A stretch of DNA of 57,958 bases from a virus (Duplodnaviria > Caudoviricetes). Positions 57,001-57,958 of the stretch are shown here, piece after piece. The stretch's first letter is position 1. Each line of letters begins with the position of its first letter. Below the pieces are notes generated by a model. That model made no database searches, was not told where the DNA came from, and saw only the letters and a program-made list of their open reading frames with translations. Location of the stretch: the IMG/VR virus record IMGVR_UViG_3300037842_000637, positions 1-57,958 of that record; one strand, 5' to 3'. The translations under genes were made by a program, and so were the position numbers.

Positions 57001-57958
57001 TGAAGGTATCAATCTTCGGCTGTAATTTTGAAGCCGCCAGTGCTGCTATCTCTTCCGGTCCCTGCTCCGCTGTCTGCTGTGAAATCTCCCGCAGCGTAGC
57101 GGTCATGCCCGGCCAGCCCTTGGCGAACTGCTCACGCCCTATCTGGGATGAGGGATCGACCGCGTTGAACTGCTTGGCCTGGCTCTCAAGGATGTTCTGT
57201 TGCCGACCCGTCTCACCACGAGGCAGGTAGTCACCCTCAACGTCGTCAAGGATGGCGAACTCGAAGCCTTCGTCCTCAGCCCGCTTCGGCATGTCGTCCA
57301 GGTAGTTCTTGATCCAGCGGACCTCTTCGATCTTCTCGAAGTCACCGGGTTCCAACGTCGGCCATGACGCCAGCTCGTTGATGTCTGAGGTTTCGATCGC
57401 TCGTGCGAAGCCGTTGCCCTGGTTGCCATCACCCAACCGCTTGAGTGTGTCGGCGTGACGCTCGACCGTAGCGGCCAGCCGACCCATCACATCCCGTGCT
57501 GTGTCCTGCCCGGCATCACGGTGGATGTTGTGCAGCGGACCGATCCACTCCTGACCGACCGTCTCTTTGGTGCCCGCCACGCTGGGTGCGAACGCCTGCT
57601 TGGCCAGCCTGCCCATGCCTGTGCGTCCGAGCGATCGACTGAGTTCATCGACGCCAGTGGCAACAGCCTCGTCGAGCTTCTTGGGTAGGTGCATCCCGCC
57701 GAAGCTCATGGTGTGGCCGAGTTGCTGACCTCTCATGCTATCAATCGCAGCTCGGTCCATGCCCTGCTGTTCACCAGCACGGTACAACTTCTCCATCAGT
57801 TCGTCGCGAGTAGTGGCTGCGGCTGCTCGTCGTGCCGGTGCCTCAGTGCCAACGTCATAGAGGAAGCTGCTTCCGTAGCCCGCCTCGTGTGATGCTGCAT
57901 CCAGTATGTCATCAACGCCGGGGATTTCCTTGTAGCCCATGCCCCTGAGCTTGGCAGG
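54068..57958 (-). CDS. C-terminal part of large polyvalent protein / putative ejection protein with ADP-ribosyltransferase-like (ART-PolyVal-type) domain
   Basis: Motifs VTAYHGS..FDEF..G.FGEGFYFSD...YG and GYNGV...EYLAFD (~56415-56770); coiled coils; C-terminal helical region (NPWINFHVRN, IDYS..TPFE..IMPFYSF) typical of large polyvalent/internal proteins; last gene of the virion module. Confidence 0.75.
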   Translation of the reverse strand, partial: PAKLRGMGYKEIPGVDDILDAASHEAGYGSSFLYDVGTEAPARRAAAATTRDELMEKLYRAGEQQGMDRAAIDSMRGQQLGHTMSFGGMHLPKKLDEAVATGVDELSRSLGRTGMGRLAKQAFAPSVAGTKETVGQEWIGPLHNIHRDAGQDTARDVMGRLAATVERHADTLKRLGDGNQGNGFARAIETSDINELASWPTLEPGDFEKIEEVRWIKNYLDDMPKRAEDEGFEFAILDDVEGDYLPRGETGRQQNILESQAKQFNAVDPSSQIGREQFAKGWPGMTATLREISQQTAEQGPEEIAALAASKLQPKIDTFTQQLADLTTQRSALKDELKSFGAMEAAATREAGRPARELATLQARQQRWIEEMNGLQPANPLDTPMTSAQQAAPKQGNVTAYHGSAKSFDEFDADLMGSRDPGYFGEGFYFSDKKMGAQQYGDVAAGELDAGKVMTRDLDTSGYLKATPAELREKYGNIGGKELTEAIRNDGYNGVEVTMQSGGKEYLAFDADSIISPNAGFPDAPPPDMGKFAEQLAKMQERGKQLQRQIDQAKVSPLSDAPADMAAAEARQADIIEELSGMGEIESGLKADITEYQSKPEALAAYLSKLTPELRADGTWGDQIGMVKRRVEGFEDTVANTRTTTDALANLLSGGRVDELSQTPDPGLMSKLKQFIGIKPDEVTPARTTVNQVLDRLGFETTKRGPMVTADKAADIIRGKMSRQAQDELDADLFGDFIGPQPADEILKAQRSSILNQTVPDPVADTLATLKKSLAGPDPTNLLTDGLVQYNRLWKGLQTNPWINFHVRNLGSGQAREVLAGNDPLRYSGMVRRMSNGGEVTAEEAMQFPGVAQLMKEQNIPEADATNALRQYIHKYMGGERQGIGLEDIGGKFNGITEGNNLGEEIGFLGGLSGTNPVGVKAAIKELKPIISKADRVEGWNRPAALRGIGGRENTVFVPSAAGEKLGEGAEALNRIPSWLDQIDKGVDPAQAARNINASQIDYSTRAFTPFENTIRRLGIMPFYSFSSRNIPYVAKELMNNPTGRTGTLFKGLTRLRSDDEFLPEHIAQSLAIPLGQSDEGEPRYMTGLGLMEEDLLGAVDTGDPMKAIGYELMGRLSPLIKAPIEHVLGKSLFQSGYQGPRDTEDMDPQLGRLLSNLKSIATGEDQRVAVDTRMIEPLLQTIPGIRAMSNLRQVTDKRKYDYAGAPLLLNQLTGSRVSDVSNSAQDASLMDMIANEYKGMGGRDFSNYYIPDAVKEGMTPEEFNHLLMLRMLQSKQDRDRRERQELERQKAMRGY
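57751..57958. repeat. Terminal direct repeat / circular overlap, right copy
   Basis: Matches 1-208 at 207/208 positions. Confidence 0.97.

Noticed and set aside
1-57958. Stop-codon reassignment, DGR/retron, or phage-encoded DNA/RNA polymerase
   Set aside because: Genes are intact in the standard code and use all three stops; no reverse transcriptase or polymerase motifs recognised

Overview
The window is an apparently complete ~57.75 kb circular or circularly permuted dsDNA tailed-phage genome. Positions 1-208 repeat 57751-57958 with one synonymous mismatch. A minus-strand virion module runs from 28856 down to 1 and continues from 57958 to 54068. It encodes scaffold, major capsid, decoration protein, TerS/TerL, portal, adaptor, a cluster of small membrane, nuclease and PLA2-like genes, and a 2206-aa repeat-rich tail protein. 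It ends with three low-complexity putative ejection proteins, one carrying a Hint domain, and a ~1613-aa polyvalent protein with an ADP-ribosyltransferase-like domain whose gene crosses the window junction. This layout is podovirus-like, and no tape measure, sheath or tube genes are evident. The plus-strand half carries a glycosyltransferase-sulfotransferase fusion with strong B4GALNT-like motifs and recombination/replication genes (RecE-like nuclease, OB-fold protein, SF2 helicase, RusA-like resolvase, SSB). It also carries a tRNA(CAU) with adjacent structured RNA, many small ORFs, an HNH gene, a RavA/ViaA-like AAA+/VWA module preceded by a repeated promoter-plus-hairpin element, and a serine recombinase. 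No DNA polymerase, primase, tyrosine integrase or recognisable endolysin was found. A Planctomycetota/PVC host is a weak inference only. All protein family calls come from motif recognition by eye, not from database searches.
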